Origin: Minisyncoccota bacterium
Lineage (GTDB): Bacteria; Patescibacteriota; Microgenomatia; UBA1400; PJMF01
Length of the DNA stretch: 64,000 nt
Assembly: GCA_018657765.1 (NCBI GenBank)
Contig: JABHWM010000005.1
Span: 65,138-129,137 of the forward strand
Direction of reading: 5' to 3'
Part shown: piece by piece, positions 46,366 through 55,218 of the stretch
How positions within the stretch are numbered: position 1 is the first letter of the stretch
Layout of the letters: every line of letters begins with the position of its first letter
The notes under the pieces: model-generated
What the model was told of the DNA's origin: nothing
Databases searched by the model: none
The model's input: only the letters and a program-made list of their open reading frames with translations
Program-made: the position numbers and the translations under genes

Positions 46366-48129
46366 ATGATCAAATTATTTTTTTACAAAATCACAGAATT
46401 TATAAAAATAGAAAATAAAAAATATTTTCTCTATCATTTTTTTATTAGAAATCTATCAATGGAGCCTTGGCAACATTTTTATAAAACATTAAAAAAATCA
46501 AGATTGAATAAAATTGAAATTACAAATTTAAATAACAAAAAAAAACCAATAATTGTATTTTCAGCATGCCAAAATAAAAAGAACAAGGGAGATTCTAAGT
46601 TTAATGGTGGTATTAAATTACAAAATCTATGGGTTAAAATTCTCAGAGATCATGGATATGATGCTTATATAATGACATATGATGGGAAACATGCTAATTG
46701 GTTGATAGATCACCAACCACACATATCTTATAAAAGATTATCTAATTTAAAAAATAATCATGAAAATATTCACTATGTAACAACTTGGTTAAATGCTGAT
46801 TCATTCATTAACTTAGCTGATAAAATTTATTATTTTGATGCAGAGATCTCACACACTTTATCATCACAAAGGGAAGTACTTAGAAAACTTTTTAAAAAAA
46901 ATAAAATTATCAAGGTTGGTACTCATTCAAAAACTCAAGTTGGATGGTATTTACAAAACCAAAATTTATCACCAAACTTTATAAATGAGTGGTCTGATAT
47001 AAAAATTTGGAAACAAAATAGCAATAAGAGGGTTTTGGGTAAAATTGGATACATGAACGAAGAAAAGAACACTAAAACTGAAATTAACGAGATAAAACAA
47101 GTTTGTGAATTACACGGAATTGACGTAGATTTTATTGAAATAAATGGAGATGAAAAAAAAGTTATTTCCCAAATGCAATCATGTGATATTTTCTTGGGAA
47201 TGAATCAAGGAAAAAACATACTGTGGGGAGAAGGTTGCCCAAGATCTCAGCAAGAAGCCATGCATACTGGTTGTGCTGTTATAGCCTATGATGTAATTGG
47301 AAATAGAGAATACATCTTTGATGACATAACTGGATGTATGATTGAAAATAAAAGATCAGACTTAATGGCTTTAAAAATAATTGAGATAATAAATAATAAA
47401 AAATTTAAAGAAAAAATTAGAAAAAATGGCTACGAATTTATAAAGAATGTATTTTCTGAAAATGGTAAAATTAAATTATTGGAGAAATTTTTAGATTTAG
47501 AAAAAGAAGAAGAGGATAAATATGTTGCAAATCTAGATGAGTTGAAATTTGTTTTCAAATCAGCTATTTTTCTAACAGATTCAGAAGTTAGAAGTCTTCA
47601 AAAATATGCAAAAAAAACAAAAGGTAGTATCCTAGAAATAGGAGCAGCCTATGGAGCTTCATCTTCATTGCTTCTTGCGCATTCATCTGAAAATAAGAAA
47701 GTATTTTCAATTGATCCATTCATTAAAGACTCAGAAGGCCTATTCAAAGCAACTGCTAATAAATGTAAAAAAAACGTGAATAGATTCTTAAAAAATGTTA
47801 ATCTTGAAAAAAAATATAAAAATTGGCAATTAATTGAAAAATACAGTGATGATGCTGTTAAAAATTGGAAAAGGAAGATTGGATTATTATTTATAGATGG
47901 TAATCATAAATATGATTTTGTCAAAAATGATTTTGAAAATTGGATAAAATTTATCCCAAAGGATGGATATATACTAATACATGATTCTTGTAATAAAAAC
48001 TTAATAAATAAAAATAAATATAAGTTTGGTTGGTATGGACCATCAAAACTAGCTAAAGAACTTAGAAGTGATAAAAGAGTTAAATTAATTGAGGAATCAT
48101 CATCTCTATCAATTTGGAAAAAGAAATAA
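46366..48129 (+). CDS. fusion protein: GT-B-like glycosyltransferase domain plus C-terminal class I SAM methyltransferase
   Basis: Middle block QQEAMHTGCAVIAYDVIGNREYIFDDITGCMIEN (GT1-type C-terminal half). C-terminus (about 47518..48129) has GSILEIGAAYGASSS, LFIDGNHKYDFVKNDFENW and GYILIHD, a CmcI/Methyltransf_24-like pattern. Start uncertain. Confidence 0.55.
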   Translation: MIKLFFYKITEFIKIENKKYFLYHFFIRNLSMEPWQHFYKTLKKSRLNKIEITNLNNKKKPIIVFSACQNKKNKGDSKFNGGIKLQNLWVKILRDHGYDAYIMTYDGKHANWLIDHQPHISYKRLSNLKNNHENIHYVTTWLNADSFINLADKIYYFDAEISHTLSSQREVLRKLFKKNKIIKVGTHSKTQVGWYLQNQNLSPNFINEWSDIKIWKQNSNKRVLGKIGYMNEEKNTKTEINEIKQVCELHGIDVDFIEINGDEKKVISQMQSCDIFLGMNQGKNILWGEGCPRSQQEAMHTGCAVIAYDVIGNREYIFDDITGCMIENKRSDLMALKIIEIINNKKFKEKIRKNGYEFIKNVFSENGKIKLLEKFLDLEKEEEDKYVANLDELKFVFKSAIFLTDSEVRSLQKYAKKTKGSILEIGAAYGASSSLLLAHSSENKKVFSIDPFIKDSEGLFKATANKCKKNVNRFLKNVNLEKKYKNWQLIEKYSDDAVKNWKRKIGLLFIDGNHKYDFVKNDFENWIKFIPKDGYILIHDSCNKNLINKNKYKFGWYGPSKLAKELRSDKRVKLIEESSSLSIWKKK

Positions 48130-48869
48130 TGAGTAAAAATTTATCGATAATAACACTATCTAAAAATAATCATAAGCAGCTAAAAAAAACAATTGAAAGT
48201 ACTTTTTGTCTAAGAGAAAACGGAACAAAACAAATAGTAATTGATAGTAGCTCTAAAGAAACTTTTAAAAAAAATAAAATATATGTCTCGAATAAAAAAA
48301 ACTGTCTAATATTTTATCAAAAACCAAGTGGAATTTCTTCAGGATTCAACTATGGGATATCAAAAGTTAAAAAAGGATGGATATGGATACTCAATAGTGG
48401 TGATGATTCAATAATTGATTTAAAAACTAAACCCTTTTTAGAGATTCTTTTATCAAAAACAAAAGCAGGAGCAATTTTATTTGAAATTTTAATAGAGAAT
48501 AAAAGATATGTTAGGCCTCCTTTTTTTTCTCTTTGGCCACCAAATTTTAACTGGATTCCCCACCCAGGAAGTATTATTAATAAAAAAACTTATGATAAAG
48601 TTGGCAACTATGATAAAAAATATAAAATAGCCATGGATGGAGAATTCTGGTTTAGATTGCTTGGAAGCGATAAATTAACTATTGATATGATTTCTTTTCC
48701 AATTGCAAATTTTAAATTAGATGGAACTTCTTCAAAAAATCTAAAATTAAAAAATAAAGAAATACTTAGAATAAATTTTAAATATTTGCCTTTAATAATT
48801 AAGAGGTTTTTAAACCAGGTACTTCTTTTTATAAGAGTAAGTATTCAAAATATTAAATTATTTTTATGA
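48129..48869 (+). CDS. family 2 glycosyltransferase (divergent)
   Basis: The track ORF starts at 48114; ATG 48129 overlaps the upstream TAA (TAATG). Blocks LSIITLSKNNHKQLKKTIES, VIDSSSKE and ILNSGDDS. Confidence 0.55.
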   Translation: MSKNLSIITLSKNNHKQLKKTIESTFCLRENGTKQIVIDSSSKETFKKNKIYVSNKKNCLIFYQKPSGISSGFNYGISKVKKGWIWILNSGDDSIIDLKTKPFLEILLSKTKAGAILFEILIENKRYVRPPFFSLWPPNFNWIPHPGSIINKKTYDKVGNYDKKYKIAMDGEFWFRLLGSDKLTIDMISFPIANFKLDGTSSKNLKLKNKEILRINFKYLPLIIKRFLNQVLLFIRVSIQNIKLFL

Positions 48870-49963
48870 CAAAAATATTACTATTTGCAAACATAGGAAC
48901 TTTTGGTGGGACAAAAACACACCTAAAAAACTTATTAAATTATTATACTAATAAAAAGACTGATATTTGGATTGCATCTGACACATATGAAAATGTTTTA
49001 AAAGTACTAGATCAATTAAAGTTAAAAAAAATTAAAGTAATAAGAATTCCAAAAAAACCAAAAATTTTAGTATTTTTTTTTAATTACCTGATTCCCATTA
49101 ATATCTTATTTGATTTAATTATTGTAAAATTATTGATTATAAAAATAAAACCAAATTTTTTTATTGTAACTCCAGCATCATTAACTTGGTATATTTCATC
49201 CTCTATTATTGACTTAAGAAAAATATTTATAATACATTCATATCCAGAAAAAAAAATTTCTTCTATTTTTAAATTCTTATTAAAAATAAATAAACAAAAA
49301 ACAAAGATAATAACTGTATCTAAAGAATCTAAAAATAAAATAGTAAGGAATTGGGGAGTTAATTCTGATTATGTCTATAACCCTCCTGAAAAATATGTCT
49401 TAAAAAAATTAAAAAAAACCATAATCCTAACTTCAGGACATCTTGAATGGTATAAAGATCCAATGAGCTGGTTGGAGGTTGTAAAAAAGATATCTTTAGT
49501 TAAACCTGATATTAAATATAAATTTATTTGGATTGGATCTGGAAGCCTGAAAGATAAAGTAAAAAACTTAATAAAAAACCATAAATTACAAAAATACTGT
49601 GAAATCATTGATCCTAAGAAAGATCTTTCTTCACTTATTTCTAAAACTTACATATATTTTCAACCAAGTATAATTGAAAGTCAGGGAATAGTCGTTACAT
49701 CTGTTCAATATAATAAAATACCTGTTGTTTCAACAACAGCAGGAGGATTAAGTGAAATGGTAATTAATAATAAAACAGGACTTACTGTTAACCCCAAAGA
49801 TACTACAGCTATGGCTGAATCAATCATAAAAATGATAAATAACCCAAAAAAAGTGATTAAAATGGGTTTAGAAGGAAAAAAGCATATTGAAAAAATAGCA
49901 AGTGAACAAAATTGGAAGAATAGAATGGACTCCTTCCATAAATCAATGGATTTGGAAATATGA
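48866..49963 (+). CDS. GT-B fold glycosyltransferase (GT4)
   Basis: Block FQPSIIESQGIVVTSVQYNKIPVVSTTAGGLSEMV (E-x7-E-like) and a typical GT4 length. Confidence 0.65.
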   Translation: MTKILLFANIGTFGGTKTHLKNLLNYYTNKKTDIWIASDTYENVLKVLDQLKLKKIKVIRIPKKPKILVFFFNYLIPINILFDLIIVKLLIIKIKPNFFIVTPASLTWYISSSIIDLRKIFIIHSYPEKKISSIFKFLLKINKQKTKIITVSKESKNKIVRNWGVNSDYVYNPPEKYVLKKLKKTIILTSGHLEWYKDPMSWLEVVKKISLVKPDIKYKFIWIGSGSLKDKVKNLIKNHKLQKYCEIIDPKKDLSSLISKTYIYFQPSIIESQGIVVTSVQYNKIPVVSTTAGGLSEMVINNKTGLTVNPKDTTAMAESIIKMINNPKKVIKMGLEGKKHIEKIASEQNWKNRMDSFHKSMDLEI

Positions 49964-50856
49964 ACACACCAATAGTTTTAATAATTTTCAAACGGAGTCA
50001 ATCTGTTAAAAAAATAATAGATATTCTCAGGATATTTAAACCAACAAACATATATGTTATTGCTGACGGCCCAAGAGAAATCAATGAGAAAAGTGATTGT
50101 AAAAAAGCTAGAGAAGAAATTGATAAAATTGATTGGAATTGTTCTATAAGTAAAAATTACTCTTTAAAAAATCTTGGTTTAAAAAAAAGATTCAAATCTG
50201 GCCTTGATTGGGTTTTTGAAAATGAAAGTAAGGCAGTTATCTTAGAAGATGATTGTATTCCAGATCCATCATTCTTCAAATACTGTGATGAATTGCTCAC
50301 TAAGTATAAAAATAATAAAAAAATACTAACCATATCTGGAAATAACTTTAATTTTACTGAGGAAAGTGAGCTAAAAAATAGTTACTTTTTTTCAAAATAC
50401 CCACTAATCTGGGGATGGGCTACTTGGAAAAGAACTTGGGATTTGTATGATGAAGATATTAGTGACTGGAACATAAATAAAACTAAATGGCTTGACAAAA
50501 TATATAAATCTAAAATAATTAAAAAATATTGGAAATTAATATTTAACAAACTATCCAAAGAAGAAATAAATACATGGGATTACCAATTAACTTATCTTTC
50601 TTTAAAAGAAAATGGGTTAAACATTATTCCTTCAATAAATTTAGTTAAAAATATTGGAGTCGATTCAAAATCAACCAATATTAACAAAAAATCTAGAAAT
50701 ACAAATTTAAGAGCAAATAAAATTAAATTTCCGTTAAATCATCCAAAAAAAATATCTACCCAAGAAAATATTGAATCAAAAATAGAAGAAAGATGTTACC
50801 TTAACTCTAGAATTAAGGTTTCCTTATTTATTAAATCTATTCTTGGAATTATTTAA
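49960..50856 (+). CDS. GT-A fold glycosyltransferase of the HlpA-like/GnT-I-like type (copy 1)
   Basis: Blocks PIVLIIFKRSQSVKKII, IYVIADGPRE, VILEDDCIPDPSFF and YPLIWGWATWKRTWDLYD. Clear paralog of ORF 53582..54475. Confidence 0.55.
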   Translation: MNTPIVLIIFKRSQSVKKIIDILRIFKPTNIYVIADGPREINEKSDCKKAREEIDKIDWNCSISKNYSLKNLGLKKRFKSGLDWVFENESKAVILEDDCIPDPSFFKYCDELLTKYKNNKKILTISGNNFNFTEESELKNSYFFSKYPLIWGWATWKRTWDLYDEDISDWNINKTKWLDKIYKSKIIKKYWKLIFNKLSKEEINTWDYQLTYLSLKENGLNIIPSINLVKNIGVDSKSTNINKKSRNTNLRANKIKFPLNHPKKISTQENIESKIEERCYLNSRIKVSLFIKSILGII

Positions 50857-50860
50857 TTAA

Positions 50861-51709
50861 ATGAAAAATAAATACTTAAAGCAAGAAAAACACCATAATA
50901 AAATTTTAGGGAGAAAATACCCATGGGATAATGCTGATAGCGTTGATTCTTGGAGACACAAGAGAATGCATCAACTAATTAACCCCTTTTTGGAAAAAAA
51001 AGGAAAGAAGTGGCTTACAGTAGGTGATGGTGGATTTGGAAGAGAAGCTCACTATATAGAGAAAATGGGAGGAGATGCGGTTGCCTCAGATATAGCAGCA
51101 AAGCCCCTTATTATTGCAAAAAAAAGAAGATATATAAAGAAGTATAAAAAGGTTAATGCCGAAAAAATGCCCTTTAAAAACGGCTCTTTTAACTATGTCC
51201 TCTGTAAAGAATCCTATCATCACTTTCCTAGGCCCATTATATCTTTATACGAGATGATAAGGGTTTCTAGAGATGCATCTATTTTGATAGAACCAAACGA
51301 TGTGATGAAAAGAAAAATCTCTTTAAAAAACTTCCTTTCAATAGAAAATATAAATAATTATATCGACAGATTTGAAATCTCTGGAAACTATGTTTACCAA
51401 ATTAGTAGAAGAGAAATGATTAAGGTTGCTTATGGACTAGAATTACCATTAATTGCTTTTAAAGGGATAGATGATCACTATATAGAAGGAGTTGAAAGTG
51501 AGATTTTTGATAAAAAAGGTAAAAAATATAAAAAAATAAAATTTGTTTTAAAAATATTAAATATTTTGTATAAGCTAAGACTTAGAGATAGAAGTATCCT
51601 AGCTATTATTTTCTTTAAAAGAACACCTAACAAAGATGTTCTCAATAAATTAATGAAAGATAACTATAATTTACATTTTTTGAAAAATAACCCATACTCC
51701 TATAAATGA
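50861..51709 (+). CDS. class I SAM-dependent methyltransferase
   Basis: Blocks WLTVGDGGFGREAHYI, AVASDI and NAEKMPFKNGSFNYVLCKESYHHFPRP. Confidence 0.65.
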   Translation: MKNKYLKQEKHHNKILGRKYPWDNADSVDSWRHKRMHQLINPFLEKKGKKWLTVGDGGFGREAHYIEKMGGDAVASDIAAKPLIIAKKRRYIKKYKKVNAEKMPFKNGSFNYVLCKESYHHFPRPIISLYEMIRVSRDASILIEPNDVMKRKISLKNFLSIENINNYIDRFEISGNYVYQISRREMIKVAYGLELPLIAFKGIDDHYIEGVESEIFDKKGKKYKKIKFVLKILNILYKLRLRDRSILAIIFFKRTPNKDVLNKLMKDNYNLHFLKNNPYSYK

Positions 51710-52497
51710 TTAATAAAAAAATAAAACAACCATGTAAGCTTTGTAAAAACAATGCTGGCTTTATATTTGATAAAAAAATAATGAATAAGTATCTATCTTC
51801 ATATTATGAATGTAAAAAATGCAAATTTATTCAAACAGAAAAACCTTATTGGCTGAAAGAAGCCTACGAAAATCCAATAAATGACGAAGATACTGGATTA
51901 ATTAGAAGAAATTTTGGAATGTCTAAAATTTCTTCTATAGTAATTTTCTTTTGGTTTAATAAAAGGGGGCTATTTTTAGACTATGCTGGAGGATATGGAC
52001 TCTTGACCAGACTAATGAGAGACATTGGTTTTAATTATTATTGGACTGATCCATTCTGTTTAAACATTTTCTCTCCAGGATTTGAGTTAACTAAAAAAAA
52101 TAAAAAAATTGAACTAGTAACTGCATTTGAATTATTTGAACACATGGAAAATCCAATAAAAGATCTTGAAAAAATATTGAAACACTCCAAAAATATTCTA
52201 TTTTCAACAAAACTAATCCCAAAAAATACGATAAATATCTCAAAATGGGATTACCTTTATCCTGAACATGGTCAACACATTTCATTTTATTCCCAGGAAT
52301 CTTTGGAAAATTTAGCAAAAAAATATAAACTCAATTATTATACTGATGGAGTCATGATTCATCTTTTTACTGAGAAAAAAATATCTAAAATACTATTTTC
52401 TAATATACCTAGGTTTAAAGATATTTTATATTTTTTTTCAAAAATAGGTTTATCATCAAAAACTCATGAAGATAATATTCGTATAGGAAAAAAATGA
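51706..52497 (+). CDS. SAM-dependent methyltransferase with N-terminal Cys4 zinc-ribbon
   Basis: CKLCKNN...CKKCKF, then FLDYAGGYGLLTRLM and IELVTAFELFEHMENP. This architecture is seen in sugar C-/O-methyltransferases. Confidence 0.6.
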   Translation: MINKKIKQPCKLCKNNAGFIFDKKIMNKYLSSYYECKKCKFIQTEKPYWLKEAYENPINDEDTGLIRRNFGMSKISSIVIFFWFNKRGLFLDYAGGYGLLTRLMRDIGFNYYWTDPFCLNIFSPGFELTKKNKKIELVTAFELFEHMENPIKDLEKILKHSKNILFSTKLIPKNTINISKWDYLYPEHGQHISFYSQESLENLAKKYKLNYYTDGVMIHLFTEKKISKILFSNIPRFKDILYFFSKIGLSSKTHEDNIRIGKK

Positions 52498-53579
52498 AAG
52501 TATTATTTGATCATCAGGTTTTTTCTTGGCAAAAGACAGGAGGTGTCTCTAGATATTTTACTGAATTAATGACAAAGATGATTCAGAAAAAAATAAACAT
52601 TTTTTTAAGTGGTATTTTTACTGAAAATATATACATTAAAAAAATAAATAATTCATTAAAAAAAGTAAGTAATTATTATATTCCTGGAAAAACAATTTTA
52701 ATAAAAAAAATAAATAAGATCTCTACAATAAATACTCTTAATAAAAACAACTTTGATATTATTCATCCAACAGGATATGACCCTTATGTGTTTAAGTATT
52801 TAAAAAAATCAAAATTAGTAATAACAATTCATGACATGATTTATGAAAAGTTTCCAGAATACTTTCCGAAAAGTGGGGCTGAAAATAAAAAGAAAATGAT
52901 TTTATCTGCTGATGCAATAATAGCCGTTTCAAATAAAACCAAAGAAGACATTATTAGTTTGTTAAAAGTAAACCCAAAAAATATATACGTTGTACATCAA
53001 GGAGGGTTGATGGGTGTAAAAAACGAAGTAAAAAATAGTGAAAACCCCTTAAAATATTTTTTGTATGTGGGGGATAGAGATAAATATAAAAATTTTTCTC
53101 TATTGATTGAGGAGATTAAATATATTTTAAAAAAGAATAAAAAAATAAAGATTCTTTGTGTTGGAGGTGGAAAATTTAAAACCAAAGAACTTGATCTAAT
53201 GGGAGAATTTAAAAATAGATTTATTCAATTAAACTTAACTGACAAGGAACTTATCTGGGCATATAGGCATGCCTTAGCCTTAATTATTACATCTTTATAC
53301 GAAGGCTTTGGTATACCTGTAATTGAAGCAATGTCACTAGAATGTCCAGTAATACTAAATAAAACATCATCTTTACCAGAAGTTGCCGGAGATGCTGGCC
53401 TTTATTATGATTCAAACAAAAAGAATGATTTAAAAAATAAAATTAATTATCTTTTAAATAACCCTAAACAAAAAAAGGAATTAATTAGAAAAGGGTATCT
53501 TAGAGCAAAGAAGTTCTCATGGGAAAAGTGTGTAAAAGAAACTATCTCTGTTTACAAAAAAGTTTTGAAAGAGAAATAG
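52494..53579 (+). CDS. GT-B fold glycosyltransferase (GT4)
   Basis: Blocks FLYVGDRDKYKNF and IITSLYEGFGIPVIEAMSLECPVILNKTSSLPEVAGD. Confidence 0.8.
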   Translation: MKVLFDHQVFSWQKTGGVSRYFTELMTKMIQKKINIFLSGIFTENIYIKKINNSLKKVSNYYIPGKTILIKKINKISTINTLNKNNFDIIHPTGYDPYVFKYLKKSKLVITIHDMIYEKFPEYFPKSGAENKKKMILSADAIIAVSNKTKEDIISLLKVNPKNIYVVHQGGLMGVKNEVKNSENPLKYFLYVGDRDKYKNFSLLIEEIKYILKKNKKIKILCVGGGKFKTKELDLMGEFKNRFIQLNLTDKELIWAYRHALALIITSLYEGFGIPVIEAMSLECPVILNKTSSLPEVAGDAGLYYDSNKKNDLKNKINYLLNNPKQKKELIRKGYLRAKKFSWEKCVKETISVYKKVLKEK

Positions 53580-53581
53580 TA

Positions 53582-54475
53582 ATGAATAAAACAGAACCTT
53601 TTTCTACACCGATCATTTTTATATTTTTTAACCGTTCAGAACATATTGTAGAGACACTATCTGTCTTGCAAAAACTAAAACCATCCAAACTATACCTAGT
53701 AGCTGATGGCCCACGAAATAATAAAGAGAGAAAACAAATTCAAAAGGTAAGAAAACTAGTAGAAAAAAATATTATCTGGAAAACAAAAGTTACTAAAATA
53801 TATGCTCATAAAAACATGGGCCTCAGAAACAGGATAGTCTCTGGACTAAATAATGTCTTTGAAAAAGAAGAGACAGCAATAATAATGGAAGATGACTGTA
53901 TTGCAGATCAATCTTTTTTCAAATTCTGTGATGTTTTACTAAAAAAATATAAAAATAATAAAAAAATTGGAAGTATTACTGGAGATAACTTTTTATTCAA
54001 TCAAGAAAAACAAAAGAATAGTTACTATTTTTCTCAGTATCCTCACTCATGGGGTTGGGCTACCTGGAAAAGAGCTTGGAATTTATTTGATAACGAAATG
54101 AGTGACTGGAAAACTGTTTGGAGTAAAAAACAATTTACTTCACCTCTAGTAAAATGGTATTGGTATCTTGTTTTTACACTTGTTACTAAATTAAAAATAG
54201 ATTCTTGGGCCTATCGTTGGACATATAGTTGCTTCAAAAATAATTTATTGACTATTATTCCAAGAGAAAATCTGGTACAAAATAAGGGTGTTGGTAAAAC
54301 AGCTACTAATACAAAGCTAAAGAACTCTGTTCTAGATATGAAGGCATATGAGCTTTCTTTTCCTCTAAAACATCCCGCCCGTGTTCTACAAAATAAAAAT
54401 TATGATGCTCTGACTGAAAAAAACTTATATATAAAGTTTAGAACCATTGTTGGAGCCATACTGAAATTTATATAA
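53582..54475 (+). CDS. GT-A fold glycosyltransferase of the HlpA-like/GnT-I-like type (copy 2)
   Basis: The track ORF starts at 53519 inside the upstream gene; ATG 53582 follows the upstream stop. Blocks PIIFIFFNRSEHIVETL, LYLVADGPRN, IIMEDDCIADQSFF and YPHSWGWATWKRAWNLFD. Confidence 0.55.
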   Translation: MNKTEPFSTPIIFIFFNRSEHIVETLSVLQKLKPSKLYLVADGPRNNKERKQIQKVRKLVEKNIIWKTKVTKIYAHKNMGLRNRIVSGLNNVFEKEETAIIMEDDCIADQSFFKFCDVLLKKYKNNKKIGSITGDNFLFNQEKQKNSYYFSQYPHSWGWATWKRAWNLFDNEMSDWKTVWSKKQFTSPLVKWYWYLVFTLVTKLKIDSWAYRWTYSCFKNNLLTIIPRENLVQNKGVGKTATNTKLKNSVLDMKAYELSFPLKHPARVLQNKNYDALTEKNLYIKFRTIVGAILKFI

Positions 54476-55218
54476 TGAATACTGGTCTCACATCAAAATC
54501 ATTTTGGTTAAAATACTGGCAAACTAAAGATCTTGTAATTCCTATCAAAAAAAACTATCCATTCTCAGATCTTTTTCAAAAATATTGTTCACCAAGACAA
54601 CTAAAAACTTTCTTGGAAATTGGTGGTTTTCCTGGATATTTTGCTATTTATCTAAAAAAACATCTTGGATATGAAGTTAGTTTGCTAGACTATGTTGTTC
54701 AACGAAAAACTATTCATAAACTATTAAAAAAGAATGGCTTAAAGAAAAAAGATCTAATAGTTCATGAAAAAGATTTTTTTAATTTTTCTACTAAGAAAAA
54801 ATATGATGTAGTATTTTCTTCTGGATTTATAGAACACTTTGAAAATTATGATGAAATAATAAAAAAGCATTGGCAACTTACTAACAAAGGTGGTGTAATG
54901 CTAATTATCTTACCCAATCTACTAGGCCTCAATGGTCACTTTCAGTTAATGTTTGACCCAGATAATCTCAATATCCATAACTTATCTTCAATGAATATTA
55001 AAAGTTTAAAAAAGATAATTAAAAATTTAAATCCCAGTAAATTTGAAGTAAGATACTACGGAGGATTAAGTATTTGGCTAGAGAATCTCAATCAAAAATC
55101 TCTTTTTCAAAAACTACTTGTTTATGGAGTATATGCTATTGGAAAAATATTTAAATTATTTAGAATAAATAGTAAATTTACTTCACCATTTATTTATCTT
55201 GTTGCTCACAAAAAATGA
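54475..55218 (+). CDS. class I SAM-dependent methyltransferase
   Basis: Blocks FLEIGGFPGYFAIYL, VSLLDYV and YDVVFSSGFIEHFENYDEI...GGVMLIILPN. Confidence 0.6.
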   Translation: MNTGLTSKSFWLKYWQTKDLVIPIKKNYPFSDLFQKYCSPRQLKTFLEIGGFPGYFAIYLKKHLGYEVSLLDYVVQRKTIHKLLKKNGLKKKDLIVHEKDFFNFSTKKKYDVVFSSGFIEHFENYDEIIKKHWQLTNKGGVMLIILPNLLGLNGHFQLMFDPDNLNIHNLSSMNIKSLKKIIKNLNPSKFEVRYYGGLSIWLENLNQKSLFQKLLVYGVYAIGKIFKLFRINSKFTSPFIYLVAHKK

